Source of the DNA: Atractiella rhizophila
Taxonomy: Eukaryota
NCBI GenBank assembly: GCA_021432655.1
Contig: MU271458.1
Span: 1 to 61,477 of the forward strand
Reading direction: 5' to 3'
Length of the DNA stretch: 61,477 nucleotides
The position numbers and the translations under genes were made by a program. The notes under the pieces were generated by a model that made no database searches, was not told the DNA's origin, and saw only the letters and a program-made list of their open reading frames with translations. Positions 10,932 to 24,855 of the stretch are shown here, piece by piece; position 1 is the stretch's first letter, and each line of letters starts with the position of its first letter.

Positions 10932-13377
10932 ATGCTATGTGACCTGGTTGAATTTCAATTGACCAAAACCCTGACAGTTCGACCGTCCGCCCAAAACTTT
11001 CACCACTCCTCCCTGCATCACTCCCACTCTCCTCCCAGCCCTGTGCCGCGCCAGCGCTCGTTCCATACACCACCACCGGCCATCAAAGATATCGAAAACA
11101 AATCGAGGCTCACGAAAAAAGACGAAACCAAGGAGAAAAGGAAGGAAAAGAAAGAAAAAAACTCAGACGGCCGTCCTTCGTACCCGAACCAGAAGCAGAT
11201 TCCTAATGGTCCTGGGACAGGTTCAACAACCAATGTGACTGCTGAAGTTGGAGGAAGAGGAGGAAGGGAGAAGGGGAAAAACAAGATAATGGAAGAGGAA
11301 GATGAAGACGACACGGATGAAGACTTCCAAGGGACGTTGAGGCGACTCCTCCCCTCAACGTCCGCGTCTACATCTGTAATCAAGGCCAGCGAATCCGGAG
11401 CTTCAACTCCCCGTCCCCAGACGTTGAAGCTCAAGCTCAAGCTTCCGCCCGGCGCGCAAGCGCAGGTGAGAAAGCCGAGCGCAGAAAAAAAGGTGGCGTT
11501 ACCTGGAGGCGGGAAGGTGAAGACCACCAAGGTGATGAGAAAGTTCAAAAGGAGGGACACAGCGGATGAAATGGACACTGACGGAGAAGAGTCGTCTCTT
11601 TCCGAAGTGAGGAGTGTGGGCGATGGGAAAGAGGGAGAAGATGCGAAGGGATACTACGAGTCTTCGGAAGGGGAAGATTCGGAGGAAGAAACGACTGAGG
11701 TGGTGGTCATAACGGAGTTGCCACCCCATCCTGGAAAAGCCCCAGAGGAAGGCGGAGTCGTCACCTGGAGCGATTATGAGCTGGAAGACTTCGCCGATGG
11801 CGGATGGGCGATCGAGGTTTCTTCTCCGGAACTGAAGGGCGTTGATGACGAAATGTGGTTTTCCAAGCTGGACTCTCAAGGTCCCAGTGAGGCAGAAGAT
11901 GGCGATCATCCTCTTCTCGTCATCGACTCCTGGAACGGTCTCGATACCACCGAGGACGACAGGGCCAACAGCGATTTGCTTTCAGAAGACGACGGCGAGA
12001 CAACCGACAGTCTTGACGAGGATGATCACGTCGCGTTGGTTCGGTTTGGAATTGAGGTTGAAGAGCCGCCTGTGGAACCTCTTATCCCAATGACGACCTC
12101 CCTCGCGGAACTGGAGCTCTCTGGCCAACCGTCCCCCGACGAAGCGATGTCTCCTCCTTCTGCGTCGGATAATAACCAGGCTGCTCCTCACTCCCTTCCT
12201 GCGGAACTGTCTGCTACAATCTCTATGGAAGCATTGGCCAATGATCCTGAAAAGGTGTTGACAGAGGCAGCGAAGAGTTTAGGCGTAGACCTAGAAACCG
12301 CTGCTAGTATCCTTACAGGAGTGGGAATGTCTGTCATCTTTACGCACGAAGGCGGGAGCTCACCCAGTTCCAAGAGGAAGCTTCGTCATAAGCGAAAGAA
12401 GAAGGAAGGGCAAGAAAGGTCTCTGAGGAAGGTGACGGCAAAGAATTTGACGGAAACTGATGCGCCGTCTGAACCTGTGATGGGGACCTTCCTTATCCAT
12501 TCTGATAGCGGGAGGTCCGTTATCGATGGGAAGAAACCGCCTGCCAGCCCCTTCTCGAGAAAACCAGGCTCCGTTCGACCCTCTAGAGCCAATAGCTCAG
12601 AAAGGGTAAGCGATTAGATTAACTAACCCCATAGTCGTGTTACTGATACTGATTTCATAGAACCATACCCCGCTCGCTTCTCGTCGTCGAATGTCGGACA
12701 CCTCCGTCACGTCTGCTGGGCCAAGCTACCCGCCGACGAACGCGTTCGGGAGTCCATTCAATTTCCAACCGATGGTCTTGGACGATGTTTTGGATGATTC
12801 TGCCCCATTTTCTGATACACAAGATGGAGTTGAGACACCGCTGGCACTCTCAAGATGGGATAGAGTCCCAATCGGCGCCTTTAGGAACCAAACTACGAGA
12901 AATTCTGGATATCCTTTGAGTATGGATTTCTTTAGCTCTCCTATGGTGACCGGTCCTACGTCTTCCTCTTCCAACGGTCATCGAGAACGGTCCAACTCGC
13001 TCTTACCTCCCGTTCTGCTTCCCATGTTCGGTCAAGAGGAAACTTCAGTCAAGTCTAGGAGAGCCAGACGCAAGGAAAAGAAATCGAAATCCACTATCTC
13101 TCGATCTCAAAGCCTCAAGGAACCGTACCGTGTTCGCTCTACTTCGCGAGGGAGAGACAGGAGCCATTCTGCAGCGGGAGCCCATGGAACCGGACCTATT
13201 GAACTGTCAGAGAAGAATCTTCAGACCCTAGTTGAAGGTACTCCTCATTTGCAATCTCTCCCTCTACCTTCCGCCCATCTTCCTGCATTAGACGATACCC
13301 TTTTCAAAGAGGTCTCGTTGGGGTTAGCGTCAGCGCACATGGACTTGTCTGGAGATGTCATGATGAACGAACTTTAA
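10932..13377 (+). CDS. Ifh1/Crf1-like acidic transcription coregulator (start uncertain: 10932, 11288 or an upstream exon)
   Basis: Long Lys/Glu/Asp-rich ORF, intron 12606-12660, motifs EDDGETTDSLDEDD (FHB-like) and LSRWDRVPIGAFR recalled from fungal Ifh1/Crf1-type proteins. Confidence 0.5.
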
Positions 13378-13816
13378 ATGTTAGCTGCCTTCGCAATTGT
13401 TGAATGTTGACCTTCTTTTTATCTACCAAATCGTCTTGTCCGTTAACCAAATCAATTTGCACAGTGTTCCACCCCTCATCTCCCTTAATCTCCTTATCTC
13501 TTTTTCCTCATCAAATCATGTCAAATACCAGTCCAGTCCACAGATTCAATTGTCCCCTATGTGAATCCTTTGTAACGGAACCCTTCCATTGTTTGTGTCA
13601 TCTGGTGGCTTCGCGCAACTAAATACAATCTCAAAAAGAACCCAATCAAAAGAAAGCAAATGTGCAGAATTGAAAAAATACAAGTGAACGAATGACTTGC
13701 CATTAATAACGGTACTTATATACCAGAAAAAGGACCTAACAAGAGGAGGAATCGCAATGAGTGTGGTAGATAATGTGGATCGAGAGAAACGCTCAAAATT
13801 TTCGCAAATTGGCAAC

Positions 13817-16800
13817 CTAAGCAGAAGTAGAATAATGATCGCGAATCAGGGTCAGCAGTTTAGTCAGTTGCATTTGTCTGCCTTGGACCATGTCGTTGAT
13901 GCTAACGTCCTCCGTCCCAACATTACATTTAATAATGAAATCGAAAACTTTAAAAAGGGTATCTGCATTTGCATTATCCTCGTTAAACTGGTTCAGAGCG
14001 GGAGGAAAAGACGCACCAAGGTGATCCATATCTACTTCTTTTGTCCCTTTAAACGTTGCAAATTCAGCGTCCGAGATATCAGAAAACTGTCCAGAGAGCC
14101 GCTCGAGGAGGCGAGTGATAACTTTCCCCGACTGCAGAGAGCTTGAAAAGTCGGTGGCTGCCTCGCAACTATCGGGCAAGTGCGAGTTGACCCAAACAAG
14201 TAAAGGATCGTCTTCTGCAGGCGTTGGCGTTGGAGCAACTGGAGTAGTTTCTGTCGAGACTGGTTCTTGACTCCCTTGCTTCCTCATGGACAAAGAAGAC
14301 TGTTTCACAGATTAGCGAGTACTACAAAACACGGAGAGACGGACATGTCGGTCAGCTTTCTCCGTCTTGTCTGATTTCTCAGCCTTGGTCAGAGCCTTCC
14401 GTTTGACTGACCGATTCGGTTTTGTGACCTTGGAGTTCGAACCGGGACTCGACTTAGGCGTCCGTGAAGGACTCGCAGACCTCGCTGCAAGCGCTCCAGC
14501 AAGCATCGAGCTGCGTGTTCCTAGCGTATCAGAGCTGTTTTGGAAGCCCATGAGAACGGCAGCGTCCTTTGCTGAAAGTTGGGTAGGATCTTGATAACGC
14601 GCTCTCTGAATCCTACCACGAGACGTGGGAGAGGGAGGACGAGGCGGTGGATACATGGATTGAGCAACTGATAGCGGTATGGTGTCGATATTGCAGGAGG
14701 AGACGACAGGGGCTGCGAAAACGCCATGATCAGAGCCAAGGAATAAACAAGTTGATGAATCGTAGAGTACTCACCACTGTAATCCCGCCCAATCGTCGCC
14801 TTCATCATTGCCTTCATCCAAGCTCGAATGACATCGCTCTCATTATGGCTGAAAAAGTGAGGTGGCCCTTCATCATGAATTGCCTTGAACCCAAACTTGC
14901 CAGGATTGATCTCTGCGTCCGGAATGATTTTGTATCCCGTTAGATTCACGTATCCCTTGATCTTCGCTTCCTGCATTTCATTGTAGGTAATGAATACCCG
15001 TTTCACTGGTCACAGGGACGGGAAACTTACATTTGGGCTCTTCATGTAATAGAGGTAGACACCTTTGAGGAGCATAAACCGAGTCTTCCATGTATTGTAC
15101 TTCTCTCCCTTCTTCTGCATCCATCCCGAGAAGTCGGGCTCCCCGATCTGCGCTAATGGTCCTTGCTTGACTTGATTCCTTTGAACAGGAATAGCAGCAC
15201 CTCCGACTTTGGCAGGAGCAGAAGGTGTGGCGGACATAGCTCCACTTCCTCCAGGTACAGGCCGGGTAGGATTAGCCTGGCTGACACTACGAACAATGTT
15301 CTTCGATCCCGCTTCGAGAGGCGGAGAGATGACGTTCTTCGTCACTGCCGAGTTGTTGCTAGCTTGCGTGGGGGAAACAGACATAGGAGTAGCTGAAACG
15401 TCCTTCTCATGTGAAGAGGAGCCGAAGTGGAAGAGCCGAGTTGAACGCTTGCCACTGGTGCTGTTCATCCGAGCTGTACCAGCCGGGGTCGCGACACTCA
15501 TTAGTCTCTTCATCTCTTTGTCCTTCTCTGTTAGCTTCCCCAGCTCCTCAGCTTCTTTCTCCGTCCTAAAACATCAAAGTCAGTGGCGAACCCCCACTTC
15601 CAAAAGGTGAAGATCGCACAGGCTGTATTTAGGCGCAGGCTTCCGACCTTTCGCCCTCAGAGTGCCGCCTAAGAATCCCTTCTTCTCCTTCTCCTTCTTC
15701 TCTTTTTTCTCCTTCTCCTTATCTTTCACACTCGGGCTAGAGGGCGTTGAAGCTGTGGAGAGAGGACGAGTGCTAACGCCTTCCTTCTCCTCAAAAGAAG
15801 CTGTGGTTGGTGTACCCTTTTCCTTCAGCTTGAAATTGTCAGTTTCGTCACCCGGGGTTGAGCCGTGTGCCTTGAGACGAGTCATAAACCTCTTTGTAGG
15901 AGCCACAACTTCGCTCTGATCATACACAAACGGTCATCACTGTCTCATGCGAAAGAGAATGACAAGACGTACATCAGTCAACACACCTCTCTCTTCCTCC
16001 TCCTCTTCCACGTCCCGAATCTCTTCCATTCCTTCCCTCCCACCATACCCTCGTTCTGAAGCCGTATTAAAACTTTCGTTTGTGCCTGTCGTCGCACTTC
16101 TTACGTGTCCAGGGTACTTGCCATTCGTCCCCCTCGCTCTTCCCGCTCCGACGAAACCGACAGGAGCGTCGCTTTCGTATCCCCCTCCAGCGCTCGACGT
16201 CGTCCTTTGACTTACCCTCCGGGACCGTTCCTCATAGTCCTCATATCCTGCTCCACTCTGAGCCAATGAACTTGCAGTCTTTGGCCGTGGGCTCTTTTGA
16301 CTATCTTGATAACTTGGAGCAGGAGAACCAATGAACGGAGATCCGAGGCCAGGTGTAAGTGGGGTGGTAGGGGGAGGAGATGAGGCGGGAGCGGGAGGAG
16401 GGGGGAGGAGCGATGCTTTCAGCTCTTTGATCCCGTTGTAAATATGCACTCTCCTCCCAAACTGTGGCAGATCAATCTCTTTTAGCGTCGTCACGTCCAT
16501 CTCCAGCAGAACATCGCCTGATATCTCATGCTCTGCGAGCTTGGACAGCGTTACTTGATCGAACCCACGTTCTTTTCCCCACTCAACGACCTCGTCTACC
16601 GTCCACTCGAGAGGGCTCTTCTTCTTCTCCAAAGCGGGTGGATGCTTCTTCTCCGCCACAGACGTAGGTTCTTGAACGCTGCTACGCGCGGATGTGTTCG
16701 CGGTGGTGACTCCAGCTGGAGCTCCATTCGTGTATGCCGACGTAGAAACGGCATTGCTCGCGTTCTCTTCCGTCGTAGTGGCAGTGGTGGCTGTCGTTGT

Positions 16801-18113
16801 AGACGCAAGTAGCGCAGGGTTTGCTACGGGAGAGGGAGCAGGGGAAGGAGATGCTTGTCCCGCTTGCGCGAATGGCTCGGGAGACGGGGAAGGCACGAGA
16901 GCGGACCTCGGTTCAGGAGAAGCAGAGAGTGGGAACACTGGAGCTGTTGGATCGATGGGAGAAAGAGCATAGGCCTGAGGGACAGGAGAAGTCTCGGGTT
17001 GTGGTTGAGATTGGGGCTCGACTGCCACAGATGGTTGCGGTTGCGAGTCTGAGGTTGGAATGGCGAGCTCTTCGACCTCCTCTGAGTTAGGAGTGGGCAG
17101 AAGGTAGTCCTTCAACTTCGACCCTCCGTCATTGAGGGGTACACCCTTCACATCCTCAAAGCTCGTTACTAAAGCCGGGCTTGGCGGCAGTGCGGTATCT
17201 TTCGCCTTCTCCAACTGCTCCCTTCGCTCCTCGGGCGAGATATCCAATCCCATCCCTTTCATCCTGGCGTCAAATTCTCTCGTCCTTTCCTCCTCCTCCT
17301 CCTCCGCCATCTTTTTCGAAAGCGGCCCCTCGCCCTCTTCCTCCTCAGACTCGTCACTGATCTCCAACCCATCCACCCCTCCAGCATTTAACCTTGCCCA
17401 CATCGCCTCCTCTTCCGTCCGCTGACGCTCCCTCTTCTTCCTTTCCGCCTCCAGCTGCTTCGACAGATTCAGCTTCGCCTTCTCAGCCAACAATTCCCGC
17501 GCTTTATGCGGATCAAAGGTCTCATCCTCGTCTGCCGAACCAGCCTGAGACTCGGTATCGGCATCCTCATCGTCTGGTCTAAAGGAGCTTGTATCGTCGT
17601 CGGGTCCTTCTGCGATAGTATGGAGTGTCGTCCCTCCGCCAGAGGTACGGTGTTGCATAGAAGAGGAGGTGGAGAGGCTAGAGGAATCAAGGGTGGAGAG
17701 GTGATTGTCGATCTCGTTGAGTGTTGACGACATGACACCGTTTGACGATGTCGACCGCAACGGTTCGGAGGGAGGAACGTAGCCTTCAGGTGGCTCTTCG
17801 GAAGTGTAAGAGCCAGGGAAGATACCGAAGGCACCCAGAGCATTTTCTCCCTGTCATCCCAATCCGGATAGTCAATAACCTCCACCTTGCCACTTCGCAT
17901 GTTTCCGTCCAACGCCACAACCCAAAAGAGAAGAAGAAAAAGAAGGAGAAGGAGAAGAGCACGAACCTGCCACCAGCCATCCTGATAAACCTCGTCCTTC
18001 TCGATCACCCTGATCCTCTCCCCAGCCTTAAAACTCAGCTCATCCGGGTTCTCAGCCTCAAAATCATGACGCGCAAACACATAGATAACGCCGCTTGTTC
18101 CATTCGTCGCCAT
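13817..18113 (-). CDS. BOI1: Boi1/Boi2/Pob1-like polarity scaffold (SH3-SAM-PH plus C-terminal CH-like domain)
   Basis: SH3 YVFARHDFEAENPDELSFKAGERIRVIEKDEVYQDGWWQ; SAM PLEWTVDEVVEW...HEISGDVLLEMD...FGRR; PH DFSGWMQKKGEKYNTWKTRF...WMKAMMKATIGRDY; CH-like LLVWVNSHLP. Confidence 0.88.
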
Positions 18114-18352
18114 AGTTGAGCTCGCAAGACTGCAAGGAGCTGATGGAACGGACCCCACGAGTTAACAGCGTCGTTAGCAGTGTTGGCGGTTTTGTTTGTA
18201 ATTGTAAAATCAATCAGCAACGAGGTCAGCGAGAAGGCCGAAACTTTGCTGAAACTTCGGACAAATGAAGATATTTACGTTCGGCGCGTTAATTACATTG
18301 TCAAGTCATCCAATCCCATGAAACCATTAATATCTCGTATGAAAGGACAACG

Positions 18353-19330
18353 ATGGCAACGAATAATATTCTGAGTAATGCTTCCTCCCAAAGTGAGGAT
18401 GAACGTGAGTCAAATTCTTGGGGCAAAGACGCGGCACATCTGATCAATTACCGCGTCTCCCAGCTGAAATATTCCACGTCAAAGGTCTGTCTTGGTCTCC
18501 TGTTACGACTTAAATCCACTTGGGCGAACCTCGTCTGCAGTCAGGAAGCCAGTAAGGAGATGGCGAAGCTATCAGCTAGAATTCTGTGGCGAATTTTCGG
18601 TTGCAGATGAAGGAGAACTGCTCGTCGAGCTGCTCAAGCAGTTCGCTTCGCAACCGGATCTAACCCCAGGCAATCTGCACACAATAGTATGTCTTCGCGA
18701 TTTGAACGCTTGAATTCAACGTCTGGCTCATAATGTATGCATTGGTATATAGAGATCGGACGGATCCTTTCGGCGGGTGCGAGAGCAAGACTTCCAGGAA
18801 AGCCTCGTTCTCATCTGGGTATCTCGCAAAACGAAGGAGCGGGAATTTACCAGTCGCCGTCAGTCTTTCTCGAAACGGCATCGTCCCAGCGTGTCGGGCC
18901 AATACTAACAGTTATGACAGAAGAGCAAGATGGGACACAAGTAATTTTTTGGCGGAACGATCTTGGGATGTCGAGTGCGTCACACAATCTTCCTTTTCCG
19001 CCTACTCATTCACTTGAAATAGCTCTGCGCGCACTTGACCAATATCCTCGACTTTGGACTTTCTTCTACGCTTCCACAGTTGTTGGCCTCCTTAGCTGGA
19101 CACTGTCTCTGAAATGGCTTCGCTGGGGCACGCTGCTCTTCTTTCTTTTGATGTTCACACCACAAATACTCTTCCCAGATCATTTCCCCAATAGTCGGAT
19201 TACCAAGCGCCGGGGAAAGGATTACTTCGAGAATGTCTTTCTGTTCTTCATGTTCATGTTCTGCATGGCTTGCTCGGCTTACATGGATTACTTGCCCTCT
19301 CTTGTCAGATTGGTTGAAACCCACCAATAA
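18353..19330 (+). CDS. hypothetical protein with C-terminal hydrophobic helices
   Basis: ORF pieces joined by plausible introns; about three TM segments in the last exon (WTFFYASTVVGLLSW, GTLLFFLLMF, VFLFFMFMFCMACS). Confidence 0.4.
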
Positions 19331-20011
19331 TTCGCACAGTCTTGCGGAAGTACGACATCCTCAGCTGTTCCACACATTTCCATTCTACCCTGTACTTCAG
19401 CAGTGATGTTTTTGGTGTCTTCCCTGTATAGTAGCAGTAGTTGTAGCAATTGTATCTCACTTTCATCGCCTGTACCAACCTGTATCCTCCAAAAATCAAA
19501 ATCGTTGTCCATGATTAATTAGCTTGTTAAATAGCTTGATCGTTCGTATTGAGTTAATGATGGTAATGAAGGCTGCCAAAACTATTGACCGTTGTTGACA
19601 TTAACGTTGACGGTGAAGTGAAGGAGTTATTCTCTCCAGATTATTAATCCATCTGACACTGGCAGTCCAAGCATGGCCACAAAAGTATTCTCTCCCAGCT
19701 TGTTTCATCTTCATCGATAATTGATAACCACTGGTCGAAGTATTTCAGATCCTCTGCCATATCTGAACAATGTCCACGCTTATAATGATATCCCATTAGA
19801 GGCATTTGCCATCAAACTGACTCTGAACTTCAAGATAGGACGGAAACATGTTCGCTTCATTCGAAAATAACTCGTTGCAGTTGTTGCAGTTGGAAGAGAT
19901 ACAGCATCATCGCCTTATCACAATTTGCTTATAAGTCGCATCGTACAAACGTCGAAAGGTTAAGCGTAAGAAAAGTCCGTGATTCACCTCCAGGCATGAT
20001 ATTCGTTTCGT

Positions 20012-23000
20012 TCAAACGTCGTACTGTTCGCTCTCTCAGCAAGAGAAGTACTTGGAGGGGTATGACAGTTAACATACCAGAATTGACAGACTCATTGGCA
20101 TAGGCACCTCTTTCGAATCCGGCGTCAAACAGAAATGGAAGCAGCTCCCAGCGAGCCTATTGGACACCATTAAATTGCGGAAGATGGGATGACAAATCGA
20201 AGCTCACTCTTTGGGGTACCGTGCAAGTTTGCCAGCAGGCCCAGGCTGCCGTCTGATGTTCTTCAGCCTAAAAATGGGCTTGATGGTCTCCAAAATGGGC
20301 AATTCAACAAGTTTTGCTCCAAGGCAGTAATGTAAGCCGTGTCCCATCTAAATTTACGTGAGACAATTGGGACCACGGTTACTATGATGACTTACAAGCA
20401 TGTAACTTTCCTTGGGTCGGAAAGGGTTAACTTTCAACGGATCAGGGAAGATGGAGGGATCCATATGCGCATTGGACGTAGACAGCAACAGGAGATCGCC
20501 CTCCTTGACCTTAATCGTTTGATCGCCATCAACAACGACGCAATCCTTATTGGCTTTTCGAGGTAGGCCAACGACAACTGGAGCAAAGCGCATTCCTGTG
20601 TTGCGTCAGGATGGGCGTCTCGGCTCTGAGAAAAAGGGTATTCACCTTCGCGAATGTACCCGATCAGCTCCTCATCTGCCTCTTTGGTGTCGGCAAAAGC
20701 CAATTGACAAATTCTTTTCTTCTCCTCTACGGTACAAGTCAGCAGCCTCAAGGAGACCTTTAAATAACATACCTTCAAAACCATCCTGCAAATAAAGATC
20801 AACAATAAGAGCAGATTGTTGTGTGATATTCCCTGCAAGAGGAATGATGGATCCAAGGCAACTGAAGAAAAATAAGACACCACATCAGAAATCGGAAGCA
20901 GGCTACCTACTTGCAAGCCAGATCATGACTGCTCCTACCGCTCTTCATGAGCTCTCCGTATAATTGCTCGGCCATAGGACCGCAACTAGCATGGTCCGTC
21001 AATCATGGGCGGGCGAAGAGTGGAGTAGACTGGATACCCATATGTAGACTTGTACAAATTCTGGTTGAACATTTGTCCAACATTTCGAATGGTGTTAAAA
21101 ACTCCGTCCTACACTTGGAGTAAGTACCGAAAAATGAAACAATGAAACCGACCATAGTACGGCCCACAGCAGTCAAATGTTGCTCGAGGAAGGCTAGTAC
21201 GATAGGGGCGGCTTTCAGGCTCCCTGCACGCAAATCCCAACCGGTTGCAGGGATCATATCAAAGGATGTGAAGACAAAGAGAACCACGAGAGCTAGATGG
21301 AGCTCAGGTACCGTGATGAGACCATGAGGAGACGAAGTAGTCTTGATGGGAATTCCCCAACGCTCAGCGATATCTAATGTGAGTCGGTTGAACACATTGT
21401 CGATGAAGAGCTGTGAACTTACAGTGAATGGTCACTGTGTTGCAAACGTCGCGGACAACATCGAGGATCCTGGTGTTGTTCCCACAAACGTTCACGCTCT
21501 TTTGAGTGATCATTTCCCGTGTGCACTTCCTGAAGTACTCCCTCATTGGAGCCTCGAATCTGCCAGAATCGCATCAAGTTTATCCTATCAGCTGTAGCGT
21601 AGCGCCTACCCGGCTGGAAACATTGCTCTGAGCATTAACGCTTTGTCACGATCATGCCTGTCGTCTTCCCATCCAATCATGAACTATCGGAACACATCAG
21701 GAACCAATTCATGGAGTCGAAGCAGGAAATGGGACGAACCCCGCGACCGTTTGTGACAAGCTCGAGATTTTTGAGGTAAATAACGCCAAATCTCTCTTTA
21801 TCCGCAAACGCCTCCTTCACGCAATCATAGCTGTTGAGGCCATGTAGGGTAGGCATCCCTTTTGGTCTGAGCGTGTCATACTGCTCCAATTTGCCCAAAT
21901 TCCTCTGTGCACAGAACACAACGTCAATACAACAAGGGAAAAGCGAAAGAATAGCTTACGAGGACGTCTTCGATGGCCTTAGGAGTGAAGAATGGGAAGA
22001 GAACATAGGTTGAATTGAACGTGAATGACCTAGGAAGAGCGTTGAAGATGACCTTTGAGAGGAGACCACCCTGTGCTCCGGCGTGAGGGGCGAGTTGTTG
22101 CATACCCCATGAGGTAAGTGTGTAAGGCGTGAGGTCATACGTGAGAAAACGGTCGCTTCGAACCAGGGAGACAGCGTCATCTAAAATACCTCTTCCGATT
22201 GTATGCCCTCGAATTACATCGTCAACAAAGACATGGCGGTGTCAGAGGGAAGTACCTACCAACGCAAACCCCTACATCACAACTCTCAGCGCTCCGTGAG
22301 GTGGAAAGGAGCAATGAATAACGCACCAGAACCGGTCATGGCAGGTTTTGGCTCTTCAGCAAGCAGACCAGGGTAGAGTTCCAAGTTGTCAACGTGGACA
22401 TAAAGCGCCTCAGCGGCTGTACATCGCAGTCAGCCCATAAGTTGGATAAGAGTAATGAAAAGTGACCAGCCGCGATCTCCGGGTCACTGTTCCATTCCAA
22501 AAACGAGTCAAATGTTTTGAGGTTGAGGAACTGCACCGAATAACCATCAACTCTAGTCCCACAACGCAGATAGAAAATATTTGAGCGCACCTTCCTGAAT
22601 TCGTTCATCGTGCACACTCCATATTGCCTGTATCACCACCAAAAAAGTTCCTAACCGTCACTCTTCTTGGTGGAAGTGAATAACGAACCTAGCTTGGTAC
22701 ATTCCCATGCATTCAATCGCTTTAAATGGAGCCGGTGTTCCTCTCGCTTTGAAAGCGCCAGCCGGTTCTTCAACGGCATCCTTGATGATCTTCGCGAGGG
22801 CTTCATCATCGAATCTGCCATCCGGACCCCTCGTCAACACTCCATAGACCTCCCACTCTTTAGGTGCTTTTCCGTGTAAGCGGCCTTCGATGGTAGAGGA
22901 CAGTCCCCAGAATTCTTCAATCGTTATATCCTCGACTTTCTTATTGGGGCTACATGGCACTCAATTAGCCTGGAGGGAGAAGACAAATGAGGTAAGGGAC

Positions 23001-24855
23001 TCACAAGTGCTTTTGGAACGCTCTCTCCGTCCACGTCGCGTCGGCAGCGCTCATGGACGCATGCCATCGATAGAGCGTATTGAATTCAACGCTGATGAGT
23101 CCTCCCTGTCACAGAAACCTTAGTTCGAGTGAAGAAAAGCAGTTTGGAGGAAGGCGGACAGTTCCTCTCTCTGTTCGCACATGCCCATCCTTGATCTCCT
23201 TCCCCAAATCCAGGTTCCAGTTTGATCCAGTTTTGGTAGTGTTAAGGATTGCCTGTCATCCACGCGGACACATTAGATGTCAGGTAGAGTCTAAATCACG
23301 AAAGGAGCAGCGCACGTTCACATAGTCCCTCAACACCACGCTGGCAAAAGTCGCAACGTTGACATTCCTCGCTTTGTCACAGGTCAACCTTATCATCACT
23401 CACAATTCGTGCAGAACGAACCGATGTGGAATATATCGTCGTCCTGCCACTTCTTTTGCTCTTCCGTCAACTCTCCAATGTTCGAATTGTACTTTCCACA
23501 CTCGTTGATTGTCAAGAGTTTCTCTGCAATGTAGTTGTGGTTTCGGGAGAAGAGGACGCAAATCGCGATCACCTTTGGTGGCATGAGCATGATTCGGTCT
23601 GTGACACCGAATGGTAAGTTTGATTACCGTAGTGTTGTGGATGAGGAAGGACATACAGCTTCCAACGACATCTGGCCAAATCTTTCCATCCCCTTCAAAG
23701 GTTCTCACGGCATCGACCTCCTCTTGATTATTCCCATAAAGCGTCGATAAGTCCACATAGGAGGATGTATCGTTGATGTTCATATCCTTCCTATTGGTCT
23801 GAAAGCATTCATGGATCACCTAAATGCGTAGCGCATCACCTCAGTGTTAACATTGGACAAAACGAGGGCAAGAATCGGAAGACATACGACGGTAGCGAAA
23901 GCAAAGAACAGGCTCGAGAACCCAGAAGGATGTGGCACGAACTTATCCCTCCTCAAGAGTGCGTCGAAGACAAGACCAGGATCGGGGAGGTTCGTGAGCT
24001 TTGGAGCTTTCGATGGCACGCTCCTCGAGTATGGCGAGCCTGCTTTTCCCAAACCTGGGATAAATGGGTTGTTATTCGAGCCGTCCGCGCGACGATATCG
24101 GGCCTGTTTCCTTTCAGTCAAGAGGACGATGAGGCTTGAAGAGAGACACTTGCGTCGTCCCCAACATAAGTGACTGGAGGATGGGGGAGGTCTTTCCAGA
24201 GAGCGGCGATGAAACTATCGTCATTGGACCGTCAGCCCTGAGGTTTTTGGGAGAAGAGTCGGAAGAAGTTCAGCAAAAAAAACACGCGGCATGTCCACCG
24301 TGGCAAGATTCACACCCAATATCTTCTGCATGAAATCGACGCGTCCAGGAGAAGAATGAAAAGGACGCCTCCTCTGCGAACTTCAGTTCTGAGAAAATGA
24401 GCACATGTCCTACTGGCTACTAGTGGCTAGTGTAGTACGAAGGATACACTCTCGCAACAAAAACAGAACAAGCAGAAAAGCGCAGAAGAGAACAAGAACA
24501 GCAAACCTACGCGTCTGCCGCCTTCTCTCCCACTTTACTTCCTTCCGGCAAATGCTGCAACATTCCAACACCATGCTCCAATAACAACTCTCGATCGTTG
24601 ATTGGCTCTCCCTTGAAGAGCTGTTCAAGTCCTTGGACGATCGTCGCGGTGTCAGCGAGCACCCGTCCGTTCTTCACCTGCGACAGGACGTCCCTGACTA
24701 TCGAGGCCGTGGTCGACCTTTGGGCAGACGCGCTGGGGAGACCGTCCGGCGCGGTGGGAGGTGGGGAGAGGAGAGCTCTTAGCTGACGAGAGGACCGCGA
24801 GACGGTGACGTTAGACGTGTGATGTAGCAAGTAGATAGTGACGTACCATGTCCAT
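20012..24855 (-). CDS. Ppo-type linoleate diol synthase (heme peroxidase-cytochrome P450 fusion), many introns
   Basis: RYRRADGSNNNP...GKAGSPYSRSVP, LPDPGLVFDALLRR, HECFQT, INDTSSYVDLSTLYG, LFSRNHNYIAE, CTMNEFRK; P450 end AHMDPSIFPDPLKVNP and MGHGLHYCLG; last exon YDV*. Confidence 0.9.

Noticed and set aside
11018..17760. Many long antisense ORFs rich in Ser/Phe over the Ifh1-like and Boi1 genes
   Set aside because: Shadow frames of Glu/Lys-rich coding sequence on the opposite strand.
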